A DNA stretch of 64,000 nt from Eledone cirrhosa. Taxonomy: Eukaryota. Each line of letters starts with the position of its first letter. The first letter of the stretch is position 1. Shown piece by piece: positions 52,657-64,000 of this stretch. The DNA lies in contig OZ024741.1 in NCBI GenBank assembly GCA_964016885.1, forward strand, positions 157,418,001 through 157,482,000. Reading direction: 5' to 3'. The position numbers and the translations under genes are program-made. Under the pieces are notes generated by a model. It was not told where the DNA came from, searched no databases, and saw only the letters and a program-made list of their open reading frames with translations.

Positions 52657-52779
52657 CATACCTACATATTGTATATATTATACATACATATTGTATGTAT
52701 AATGTATGTTTTTACATGATCATAATGCCAGTTCCAGAACCACATACATAAGTTACTGGCACTCTGTTGGTTATGACAA

Positions 52780-52975
52780 GTGTTCCAGTTGAGCCGATCT
52801 ATGGAACAGCCTGCTAGTGAAATTAACATGCAAGTGGCTGAGCATTCCACAAACAAGCTTACCCTTAACATAGTTCTCAGGGAGATTCATCATGACACAG
52901 ACTGTGATAAGGCTGGCCCTTCGAATTACAAGTACAGCTCATTTTTGCCAGCTGAGTTGACTAGAGCAACATGAA
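52780..52975 (-). mobile_element. SINE 3' part
   Basis: CAGCTGAGTTGACTAGAGCAAC core-like segment; related fragment at 40228-40325. Confidence 0.55.
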
Positions 52976-53014
52976 CATATATATGTACAATATACATATA
53001 TACACACATAATAA

Positions 53015-53094
<80 letters not shown>

Positions 53095-53101
<7 letters not shown>

Positions 53102-53905
53102 AGGATGGAAACAGCACAGAAGGATCTTTTTTCTTCTTTAAACTGACAAAGTGATTATTGAAAAAAGGAGAAAAACATTTTTTTTTAATAAAATATATAA
53201 AAAATATTACCGGTTTCAATGTAATTCATCTTATCAAATATTAAAAAGTTAAGAAATAAAAATTAAAAATGTGTATGTATAAAGTATTTTTTTCAAAAGT
53301 GACCCATTCATCCTCTCAATGTTAAAGATAAACAGACCTTCTTCAACTCTTAATTATTAATTCTTAATTTTTTATATTTCATAATGTGGAGGCACATGGC
53401 TTAGTGGTTAGAGCATTGGCCTTGCAATCGAAAGGTTGTGAGTTCAATTCTCAGACTGGGTGATGTGTTGTTTCCTTGAGTAAGACACTTTATTTCACAT
53501 TGCTCCAGTTTACTCAGCTGTAGAAATGAGAAAGTGGTCGTAGAGGTGCCACGGCAAAAAAAAGCACCCAGCCCACACTGTAAAGTGGACATGTAGGTGC
53601 CATGAAAAAAAAAGCACCCAGCACTCACTGTAAATGAGGTTGGTGTTAAGAAGGGCATCCAGCTTTAGAAATCAAGCCAGAATCAGTTCCCGTCCCACCC
53701 TTGCAAGCAGGGAAAAGCGGACGTAAAATGATGATGATGATGATGATGATGAATTACATTGAAACCTATAATATATTTTATAATCCCCCTTTTTTTTTTT
53801 TTTAAATGTTTTTCTCCTTTTTGCAATAATCACTTTGTCGAATTAAAGAAAAAAAAAGATTCTTTAAATATACTTCCGTGCTGTTTCCATCCTTACTTTT
53901 TTTCT
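53095..53905. mobile_element. Old inverted pLTR-like pair with decayed hammerheads, interrupted by a SINE
   Basis: 53095-53230 is inverse to 53748-53905; minus 53203-53242 reads AATAT-TTGATAA-[GATGAATTACATT]-GAAA-CCGG-TA-ATATT. Confidence 0.6.
53388..53750 (+). mobile_element. tRNA-derived SINE, full length
   Basis: A and B boxes, core, RTE-type tail, (GAT)n. Confidence 0.88.
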
Positions 53906-54311
53906 ATAACCTCTGTTTTGTATAGAACTTTAACCTTTTTTCAAATATTATCTGATATATTTTTACAAGTGTGGACCATATTGTAGTTAGACCTGTTGAT
54001 AGCCCTCTGTAATATGGAATCTTCACTTTTTATTGTGAAACATACTCTAATTTGAGCATGTCCAGGTGTAATAGTTATTATTGGATGGGTAGTACACTTT
54101 AATTTTATCTTTTAATTGATCTATATTAGCTTTTACTTTCGTGGACAATATGTTTTTCACCCTGGTGGTTTTCTATCCCCTATGACCTCTCTGTGTATTT
54201 CTCTCTATATACTGTCTTATAAAGAGCCCGGAATCTATTCCTTTGAGCTCATTAAATTGAACCGTTAAGGTCTCATTCCTGGATATGTCAATATTTATAA
54301 AACAAACTTTG

Positions 54312-54372
54312 TATTTTATCTGATGAGAACGTACCAAAGTTTTGGTACCCTTGAAATATATATAATAGAATA
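54312..54372 (+). ncRNA. Type I minimal hammerhead motif (family A)
   Basis: TATTTTAT-CTGATGA-[G AACGTACCAAAGTTTTGGTACCCT T]-GAAA-TATATA-TA-ATAGAATA. Confidence 0.75.
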
Positions 54373-54413
54373 AATATGGTTTTATAAATATAGTTTCTAT
54401 TAATTAATATCAT

Positions 54414-54464
<51 letters not shown>

Positions 54465-54670
54465 ACATATCGACTGCCCAACACTAGCACACCAGCTCGC
54501 ACACCAGCCATACACACACCCCTCACACCAACCATACACACACAGATATTAAACATGACTGTACCAGTGGTAGAAATTCTCTACATTGCTTCACAAAAAA
54601 TTATAGCAAGATTATCTAACTGACATAACACATGACCATGTGCAACTGTGCAGAACAATACTTTAATATA

Positions 54671-55364
54671 CAAGGGTCAGCTGAAAAGTTCATAGGCTGA
54701 CCAAGATGAGGAGGGGTATTTCAACTGCATGAATTATCTCTTTCTCTCTGGCCCAATGGTTCTGTAAACGTTCAAGGAAACCTGCTGGATCTGCCTCAAA
54801 CAATGTCAGATTTTCCTGTGATGTGATCAACCTTGTGCACTTTTGCTCAGGTGTCAGAAGACATGGCACCCATCAAACAGAAACCTTCATCATGCCAAAT
54901 TCATTGTGCAGAATATTCTCAACTCTCTCACAGAATATGGTAATAGCAGAAGCTATTTGGTGAACACAATCAATGTTTTCCTTGGTGGTGGCAGTTGCAG
55001 GACATCCAGACATTGGGAAGTCTTCAAGACTACCTTCTCCTCCTAAATTCAGCTGCCCACTTTTGCACTGTTGATAAAGCTTGAGTGTCATCTCTTAATG
55101 AATCAAGCATGTCAGCATGAATGTCTTTGGGGGCTAAACCCTTTTTCTGCAGGTACATGATAACACTGTGATGCCAAATTTTGTTCATTTTCAAGAAAAG
55201 TCACTACTAGTTACTTTTGAAGTCTTCTTTGAACAGTCAGATGTCAGTTTACCAGGAAAGAACAATGCCGTTAATAAGAAGAGTTGGAATTAATGCATGC
55301 AAGATTTCACAGTTCTAACATCACTCTTTCGTAGTTAGGCTATGAAGTTTTCAGCCCACCCTCA
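54671..55364 (-). mobile_element. Internally deleted mariner element
   Basis: TA TSD; TIRs CAAGGGTCAGCTGAAAAGTTCATAGGCTGAC and GTTAGGCTATGAAGTTTTCAGCCCACCCTCA; remnant LEDFPMSGCPATATTKENID...ERVENILHNEFGM. Confidence 0.8.
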
Positions 55365-57264
55365 TACATCAAATGTGTTAGTAATCTCATTATTACTTGA
55401 AGAGCCGGCACCACCATTAAAGCCAATGGAGCAGCCATCTAGGAAGCAGACCTCAAAGAGGTGCATTACTGAATCATAGCCCATTCATTGCCATAATTCT
55501 AAAGAAAGACACTGCTTCTAATTTTGAAATAATTTTGAAAATAATCAAGAATTTTGAAGGACATAGTAATATATCTAACTTTCTCATTACTAAGTTTGGA
55601 ACATAACAAAGATTCTTATATTGAATTATGGTAGGTTTTTAGATAAATATAAACACTCTAAAAAAAACATATATATCATAAAGCCAGGTGTGTTTTCAGA
55701 CTGTATGGTATCAAAAGTATTATAGAATTACAGTTTTATAGAAATTTGTAAAATAAACTTGAATATATGTCATCAGCCATCTACTATAACAACAATCATT
55801 TTAAGGCCATCTTTCCTGCTAAAGTATAGGTTAGCCTTGTGGGGGAAGGGGGCATGACAAGCTTCTCCACTTCTCCTTATCAGCTGCATCCATCTTCACC
55901 AAACCTATTTCATTTTCTCTTCCATCATTTAACCCTGTCTTTGTTGGGTCTTCTCCTTCCTCTACTCACATTTATTTCCATCACTGAACTGTAACCCTTT
56001 TATTACAAAACCCGAAAACACATGACCCCCCCCCCCCCCCCCCCCCGATAACACATGAAACAGCCCTGGTTCAAAGGTACTACATTATGTTTCTATGTAA
56101 GAATATTTGTCATGTTCATATTACCAGTTTAATACTGAAAAAATTAGTAATATTATTAATTCCCTCTAAATTCATGATTACTTTCAAAATTATTTGAAAA
56201 TCATAATTTCTTTTGTTAGATATATAGTATCAAAAGGGTTAAAGGATCACAGTTTTATACAAATTTGTACAATTAAATTAAAATATATAATAATTCCATG
56301 CAATCAATAAAAAAGATCACTAAACGTCTTTGCTGTATGGCAGCATTGGGGAAATATCGAAAATGATGGTGAAGGTTGTAGAGTATTATGACTTGTCACC
56401 AGAGTAATAATTAGGGAAAATAGCGCTTATGTCAAGCAGTGAAATTGTGCCCCTGCTCAGCACTGTATTTTTTACCTATAGACCTAATAATATATATAAA
56501 TGGTTTAATGATCCAGCCACCATAGTGTTCTCACCTACGACAATCAGAGACAGATCATACATCTGAAAGATTTTCTTTTTTCACTCTCCGACGAGGCTTA
56601 TTTGACTTTAATAGAACGTGCTCCTAGTCCAAGTGGTGCCCTTGGCACGCACCATACTTGTCATACACAAGTTACGCCTCTACCTGTCACATGATTTGAC
56701 ATGGGTGAATGTGTGGACTGGTATAAGATACGTGCTCAGTAATTTTCTTAGTGCGGTCTGAGCAAAAAGTATAAAAAACTTGGTACGTCAGCTTACCAAG
56801 CTCTAAGTTGAAATTATTTTATTTGAGGCACATGACTGGAAAACAGGGGTACGCCCTGTAGAGTTGACGTCAGGAAGGACATCCAGCTGTAAAACATTGT
56901 GCCATAACAATCTAACTAACCCATGCTAGCATGGAAAAGTGGAGTTAATGATGATGATATCAGGTACCGATTTATTCATTTTATTTTCTACGGGACGATT
57001 GCAGACCTGTCAACACTCCCGTCAGATGGGGAGATCTCCGACGCATTTTAGGGTGGGTGATGTCTTCTCGTGTGAAAATTGGGTATAGCTTTCATTTTAT
57101 AAAACTCCCTATTTTGCTTCATTTTTTTTCATGGTACTCCCCGTTTGGGTTTTTAGAGGCTGGCGGGCCTGCGATTGCTGTCTACTTCAAACGAAAGAAA
57201 ACCCACAATTTATAAAATAAATAAGATTAAAAAAAATAGTAAATTCTCTTCCTTGTTTCTGTAA

Positions 57265-57570
57265 TTAGATTGCAGCCATGCTGGGGCACAACCTTGAAGG
57301 GATTTTTAGTCAATCATATCATCCCTAGTATACTTATACATATTTTCAAGTCTGGTACCTTTTTTTAAATTTTACCAATCTCCTTTTGTCGAACCGTACA
57401 CATGCACGCACATACACATTTACATACAACAAGCTTCTGCAGTTTCCATCTATGAAATTCCACTCACAATGCACTGATAAACCGGAAGACAGTTGCCGAA
57501 GGTGCAGTGCAGGCGAAGTGAACCTGAAACCACGTTGTTGCAAAGTAAACACTAACTACATGGCCATACC
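57265..57570 (-). mobile_element. Decayed SINE
   Basis: Minus strand has a degenerate tRNA-like head; the end GCAGCCATGCTGGGGCAC recurs at ~61938. Confidence 0.5.
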
Positions 57571-58725
57571 AGCGGAAATTAATCAGAGAAAAGGAACTCG
57601 AAGCGCGTTGTCCAATGTTTCTAAATTGTTTTAATTGTAACCACATAGAAAAATTCCTCATCGATTCGTGTATGTGAGTGTAAGTGATGTTTCTGTGTGT
57701 AAGTGTATGTGCGTTTATGTATGTTGTGAATGTAAGTGTATGTGAGTATGTTTGTATATGTGAGTGTTTGTGTGTGTGATGTGAGGGTGTATTTGAGTAT
57801 ATGTATGGATGTGTGTGTGTGTATTTGATTGCCTATGCGGTCGTCCAACACCAAACACCTGTTATATATAGAGAACACTAGTCCCTGCTTTATCTCGCCT
57901 TATAACCATATTATTGACCAGAGAGGAAGCCTTTTCATGGTTGCTCCTCCACCTGCTAAAAATAGCAGTCAAAATGCCCTTAAAATATCATTAAACAATC
58001 GAGAATGTGTAATATAACTAACTTTCTCATTATTAAGGTCCTTGCATAAAATTGTGATATTAGGTTTATAAATAAATATATAAGAAAAAACGTTGGTATC
58101 AAAAGAGATAAAACTAAAAGCTGATATCCTAGAAAGAAAATATTTTGAATAACGTAATATATCTCATAACGTAATATTAAGTGTTATATTCCAAATAGAA
58201 GGCATCACATTAGGTCTCGGTATTTGTTCCCAGCTCACAGCGCTTTCACTTCCAATCCTACCAAGGTCAGGATTTCATCCTTTTGAGATTGATAAATAAT
58301 CTCTCAAAGAGAAAGAAAGAAATCGATTGTGGTGCAACCTGGAGAGGGATGGGCTCCGCTAAGTTTGAAATACCCAACACATGCTGTGTGCCATGACGGT
58401 GTCACCGCAACACCACTAGAGATTAAGGGTACTTGACATTAATATTAGATACACAGTGTTTGAAAACAAACGTCAGACCAGGTTGTCAAATTTAGAACGT
58501 ATTCAGGCATTCGTCTACTTCATTTGAACAGACTTAGAACTTAACGATGAACCCAGAAAGTTACAATATATTTATCTAACTATACCGGTTGCTAGATCGC
58601 TCATCTGTTTTTACATGTCCTCCAAAACTCTATCCACCATTTCATTTTATTTAAATACCATTAAAAAATGTGGTTTACATAAATCAATGGAAACTTAAAA
58701 GATACGTCCGTGTGTGTATGTATGG

Positions 58726-59065
58726 TGTGGTAAGATACCAGGTGGACCATAACGCACCAGAGTACTCGATACTTAGGGTAGTAGAGTGGGTAATAGTACA
58801 AGAGTCAGGACCCCGACGGCTGAGCTCCGGCCATTTCGACAGTTGTCGGGGTCCTGGCTCTTTTCCTATATATATATAGGAAAAAGTATGACCCCGACGG
58901 CAGAGCTCAAGCCGTTTCGACGGCTATTTCTGGACTAAAAATAGCCGTCGAAACGGCTTGAGCTCTGCCGTCGGGGTCATACTTTTTCCTATTACCCACT
59001 CTACTACCCTAAGTATTGAGTACTCTGGTACGTTATGGTCCATCTGGTTCCTTACCACAATTCCT

Positions 59066-59068
<3 letters not shown>
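58726..59068. mobile_element. Two adjacent family-B pLTR-like elements; palindrome 58876-58992
   Basis: 54-bp perfect arms; GAAA-CGGC..GAGCTC..GCCG-TC. Confidence 0.78.
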
Positions 59069-59102
<34 letters not shown>

Positions 59103-59196
59103 GTGGAACACTGGAAGGTAATATCCGTAGTGGTAGAGCACTCAGTCCAAGGGACGAGTTAGGTAGAAGTGGTTACACAACAGTTAGTTCACCATA

Positions 59197-59236
59197 CCGA
59201 GAACAATTGTTTCACCTTAGCAGATCTTCAGCTCGG
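59197..59236 (-). ncRNA. Type I minimal hammerhead motif (family D)
   Basis: Reverse complement of 59292-59331, with one substitution in loop II. Confidence 0.7.
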
Positions 59237-59291
59237 GATGTGTATGGTTATAGGAACAGCTGTTCCTACTGTTCCTATAACCATACACATC

Positions 59292-59331
59292 CCGAGCTGA
59301 AGATCCGCTAAGGTGAAACAATTGTTCTCGG
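59292..59331 (+). ncRNA. Type I minimal hammerhead motif (family D)
   Basis: CCGAG-CTGAAGA-[T CC GCTAA GG T]-GAAA-CAATTG-TT-CTCGG. Confidence 0.7.
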
Positions 59332-59370
59332 TATGGTGAACTAACTGTTGTGTAACCACTTCTATATATA

Positions 59371-59497
59371 TGGTTAGACCGTCGGGCTTACAATCCTGAG
59401 GTTGTGAGTTCGATTCTCGGACCGGGCTTTGCGTTGTGTTCTTAAACAAAACGCTTTATTTGACGTTACTCCAGTTTACTCAGCTGTAGAAATGAGT
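59371..59497 (+). mobile_element. tRNA-derived SINE 5' fragment
   Basis: B box GAGTTCGATTCTC; core as in 17269-17601. Confidence 0.7.
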
Positions 59498-59688
59498 TTA
59501 CTCAACTATGTGTTAAATAGCCTCACTAATCCGCAATTGCCCAAGCGTGATGAGTGCGGTTACACCCTGACCTGACCAAACCCCCAAAACAGAAAACGAT
59601 GGAGGTCAATCAGGGAGGGGTTCCTCCGGTAGGAGTGTAAAGGTCTTGGATTGGATATATATATATATATACACACACAAACAAACAA

Positions 59689-59992
<304 letters not shown>

Positions 59993-60213
59993 ATTTACTA
60001 GTAAAACATTGCTCAGTTTAGTATTCGATAGAAAGTAAAGTGTAGGTATTATAATGGTTTTCTGCCCTGCCTGGTCTCTTCCCGTTTCGACAGCATGTGA
60101 ATTACCTTCTTACTGAAGAAACAATAAGAGTTCAGTCGTAGGGCAGAAAATCATTATGATTATATATGGCAGTGCCCCAGCATTGCCTCAGCCTGTCGGT
60201 CGTAACACGTAAT

Positions 60214-60271
<58 letters not shown>

Positions 60272-60476
60272 TATATATCTTGTATCATAAAACACAAGGT
60301 CATGTATGTAACAACCACCTTATGCTATCTTTCACAAGAAATGGTAATTTGGTATCTTCTTCCCTACCTTTCACTCACACAGTTTTGACAAGATGTTCAG
60401 TGGTAGGTAGTAGAGATCGATAGCTACCTACCTATGTACCTATCTATCTATGGACAATATCTCTATCTGTCTTTCT

Positions 60477-61550
60477 ATCTACCTACATATCTGTATGTTT
60501 GTCTGTCGATATCTGTCTTTATGTCTATCTCCCCAACTACAGATCTACCTACCTCCATATCTGTATGTTTGTCTGTTGATATCTGTCTTTATGTCTATCT
60601 ACCCAACTACAGATCTACCTACCTACATATCTGTATGTTTGTCTGTTGATATCTGTCTTTATGTCTATCTACCCAACTACAGATCTACCTACCTACATAT
60701 CTGTATGTTTGTCTGTTGATATCTGTCTTTATGTCTATATACCCAACTACAGATCTACCTACCTACATATCTGTATGTTTGTCTGTTGATATCTGTCTTT
60801 ATGTCTATCTACCCAACTACAGATCTACCTACCTCCATATCTGTATGTTTGTCTGTTGATATCTGTCTTTATGTCTATCTACCCAACTACAGATCTACCT
60901 ACCTACATATCTGTATGTTTGTCTGTCGATATCTGTCTTTATGTCTATCTACCCAACTACAGATCTACCTACCTACATATCTGTATGTTTGTCTGTTGAT
61001 ATCTGTCTTTATGTCTATCTACCCAACTACAGATCTACCTACCTACATATCTGTATGTTTGTCTGTTGATATTTGTCTTTATGTCTATCTACCCAACTAC
61101 AGATCTACCTACCTCCATATCTGTATGTTTGTCTGTTGATATCTGTGTCTTTATGTCTATCTACCCAACTACAGATCTACCTACCTACATATCTGTATGT
61201 TTGTCTGTTGATATCTGTCTTTATGTCTATCTACCCAACTACAGATCTACCTACCTACATATCTGTATGTTTATCTGTCGATATCTGTCTTTATGTCTAT
61301 CTACACCCAACTACAGATCTACCTACCTACATATCTGTATGTTTGTCTGTCGATATCTGTCTTTATGTCTATCTACCCAACTACAGATCTACCTACCTAC
61401 ATATCTGTATGTTTGTCTGTTGATATCTGTCTTTATGTCTATCTACCCAACTACAGATCTACCTACCTACATATCTGTATGTTTGTCTGTCGATATCTGT
61501 GTCTTTATGTCTATCTACCCAACTACCGATCTATCTACCTACATATCTGT
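60477..61550. repeat. 70-bp minisatellite, about 15 near-identical copies
   Basis: Unit AGATCTACCTACCTACATATCTGTATGTTTGTCTGTTGATATCTGTCTTTATGTCTATCTACCCAACTAC. Confidence 0.95.
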
Positions 61551-64000
61551 ATATATTTTTCTACCTACCTATCTATAAATCTACCTTTCTACCGCTCTAT
61601 TTGTCTGCCTCCCTGTCTATCTGTAAGTTTAGCAGTTATTCTATAATTATCTAGTTATATTTACCAATGTAGCTATCTTCGGACAAGAAAACAAGATCAT
61701 AAAAGTTGAGTTATATGTTTGATAAGGATTAAAGAAAATGTGGAAGAAATTATTATAATTGATTTAACTGAATATAAAATGAAAGGAAATGATCAAGGAA
61801 AATCAAGGATACAAGCATCTTTATATAGAATGTAATCAAGAAATTAATAAAATGTTTCCTATAAACCCCGTCATTTTTTGACGGGCACAATGTTAATGTG
61901 TGTGTGTGGGGGGGTTCTAATATTTTCAGGTATTAGGCTGCGGCTATGCTGGGGTACCGTCTTGATATTTATGTATGTATGTGTACATGAATATAACGAA
62001 AAAAGTTAAAGAAATTATTAAAGTGACCCACCTTAGTGTTATGACGATGGACTCGGAGAGCGAGTTGTTGAACGATGACAGGATCATGTAAAACACAGCC
62101 AAAGAATGATATTGGTATATTAATGGTATGGTACTATTAATCCTCCGACCGTTGTCACTTACTCACTAAATTAATGGTACAGCCTTTCACATATACTAAC
62201 AGAGCAGCAGGATACAAGTTCGGGTATAATCCATAACAGTTAGTTGGTTTTAACTACTGCTTTCGTTTATATATATATATATAATGTGTGCGTCTGATAC
62301 TACGATATCTACTCGTGTTTGTCACTGTGTTTTTGTGTACATATTATATAGAGAGAGGCATATATCACTATGTATATGTGTGTGTGTGTAATACATAGAG
62401 AAGGTAAGAGGGCACACCCTTATCCACCAAACTTGCGAGCACTCATACACACACATTGATAGGACCGTTAACATCAACAAAAACTTCCTCCCCCTCTCTC
62501 TCTCTCTAAAGGTCTCTGCACCTCCTAACTAAAATGACCACAAGCAAGTGTCAAGTGGTTTTAAATATAAACATCGACTTCATTATTGAAACTTTTCTTC
62601 GAAGTTCTTTACTGAAGCTTTCCAACATTATGAAATTTTTTTCTTATTAATCAATCATCTTTTTGTACATAAATATTTATCGTATTTTAAGCGCGGGACC
62701 CTCTGTCATCATTGTTAGTATTATTAAGAAACCATGAGGTGATCTTTAAGTGGGGTCGATGAAATATACGAACTTCCAGTTAGTGAGGCAGTGCGCTGGA
62801 TGAAATCGATTTAAACGACTATTAAACCCGTCCCTCGAAAAGTTTGTTGTTGTTTTTTTAGCTGTGTGCCTGCTAGAAATAAAACGATTATATGTAGCTT
62901 GCTTTACTTTTTTCTTTGATAATATATACGGCTGCTGGCTTTATTTGCGTGTTATAGTTATTTGTAATTCTGTGTGAATGGAGTTTGCTTTCTATTGTAG
63001 GTTGACAGTAACAGTGTAGACAGGCAGACACCTAAACAAAGACAGGGGATGAAGATGCTTTGGGATGCTTTGGCAAACATACGCGTTTTTGTTGTAGTTA
63101 CTTTCTTTGTTTTGTGCCTTGTTACCGGTTCATAACTTGGGGTATACACGGCTAGATATAGAGGTCCGTTAGTTAAGTTGAAAATTTCAACTACTTTGTT
63201 AAAAATATAATATACACATGCTATTGGGTATATATTCGTCTGTCTTTCACATATTCTCAATGTAAACAACCCGGGAATGCGCGTAATTGTAATGAAAGGT
63301 CCTTTGTAGTGAAAAAGTTGGAAATTCTTGCTGATAGAATAATGGTTTGTCCTAATGGTATTGATGAATTAACGAACCGGGGGAGATATCGATTTAAACA
63401 ACCAACTCCTCATCCGAAAGTTTCTAGCTTTCTGCCAGTTAAATACAAGACTATTATATATATATGTGTGTGTGTTACTGGTGCTTGCTTATATATGTTG
63501 ACAGTTACACGGGGTACAGACTAACACTATAGGCACGGAAAGAGAAGTAAAGATAGAGTGGCGAAAGATGTTTCTGTGTTGTTGTAATGCAGTAGTACCA
63601 CTTTTGTTGTTGTTAAAACACAGTAACAACTTTTGTTGTTATACAGTATCACAACTTTGAAGAGGCCCTGAGAAAGTTTCCTTCGACCTTCTATTACTAC
63701 AAGACGGCGGGCGCGAGTAAATTAAATGAAAAATACAAAGAAACTTCAAAACTACGGAAGACCAACTGAAACACAATGTCACCAAAAATCTCTTTCGATG
63801 TAACCAATCCCATTTTGTCACTTCGTTCGCTGACACATACATATAACACACTCACACCACACGTACACACATACATATACCAGACAGACAACATTCACAT
63901 ACATATACACGCACATAATACTTACGTACACCACACACATTTATACATACACATCCACATCAACGACACAAAATATTTTTTTCTTATTTTTTAAAGTAAG

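Larger units (their letters stand above)
59099..59364. mobile_element. pLTR-like element (family D) as an inverted repeat 59164-59364
   Basis: ~96-bp arms, one mismatch seen; TA-flanked. Confidence 0.8.

Noticed and set aside
60051-60156. Short inverted repeat containing CTGAAGAAAC
   Set aside because: No stem II between the core words; too degenerate
60477-61550. CRISPR-like regular array
   Set aside because: Head-to-tail units with no unique spacers; eukaryotic context; no cas genes

Overview
AT-rich, repeat-dominated animal genomic DNA. The repeat content looks octopus/cephalopod-like, which is inference from SINE/LINE types and extreme (TA)n/(CA)n density. No complete host gene is visible; there are one or two candidate minus-strand exons. 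Recognisable elements: a full-length but decayed CsRn1-clade Gypsy LTR retrotransposon (8346-13999, 485-bp LTRs, 4-bp TSD, tRNA-Trp PBS); six sizeable RTE-clade LINE copies of two subfamilies, both with a C4HC3 PHD-type finger inside the RT ORF; a third, 5'-inverted RTE-like LINE; tRNA-derived SINEs whose 3' tail is identical to one LINE's 3' end; mariner, pogo and piggyBac-type remnants/MITEs; and long micro- and minisatellites. The most notable signal is non-coding. Short islands between (TA)n tracts carry type I hammerhead-ribozyme motifs (stem I - CUGANGA - stem II - GAAA - palindromic mini-stem III - NUH). About 15 complete or near-complete motifs from several unrelated families are visible, often as outward-facing inverted pairs, some with greatly extended or branched stem II, and with truncation/inversion points clustering on the ribozyme core. 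This fits non-autonomous Penelope-like pLTR (retrozyme-type) elements; no Penelope ORF is present in the window.
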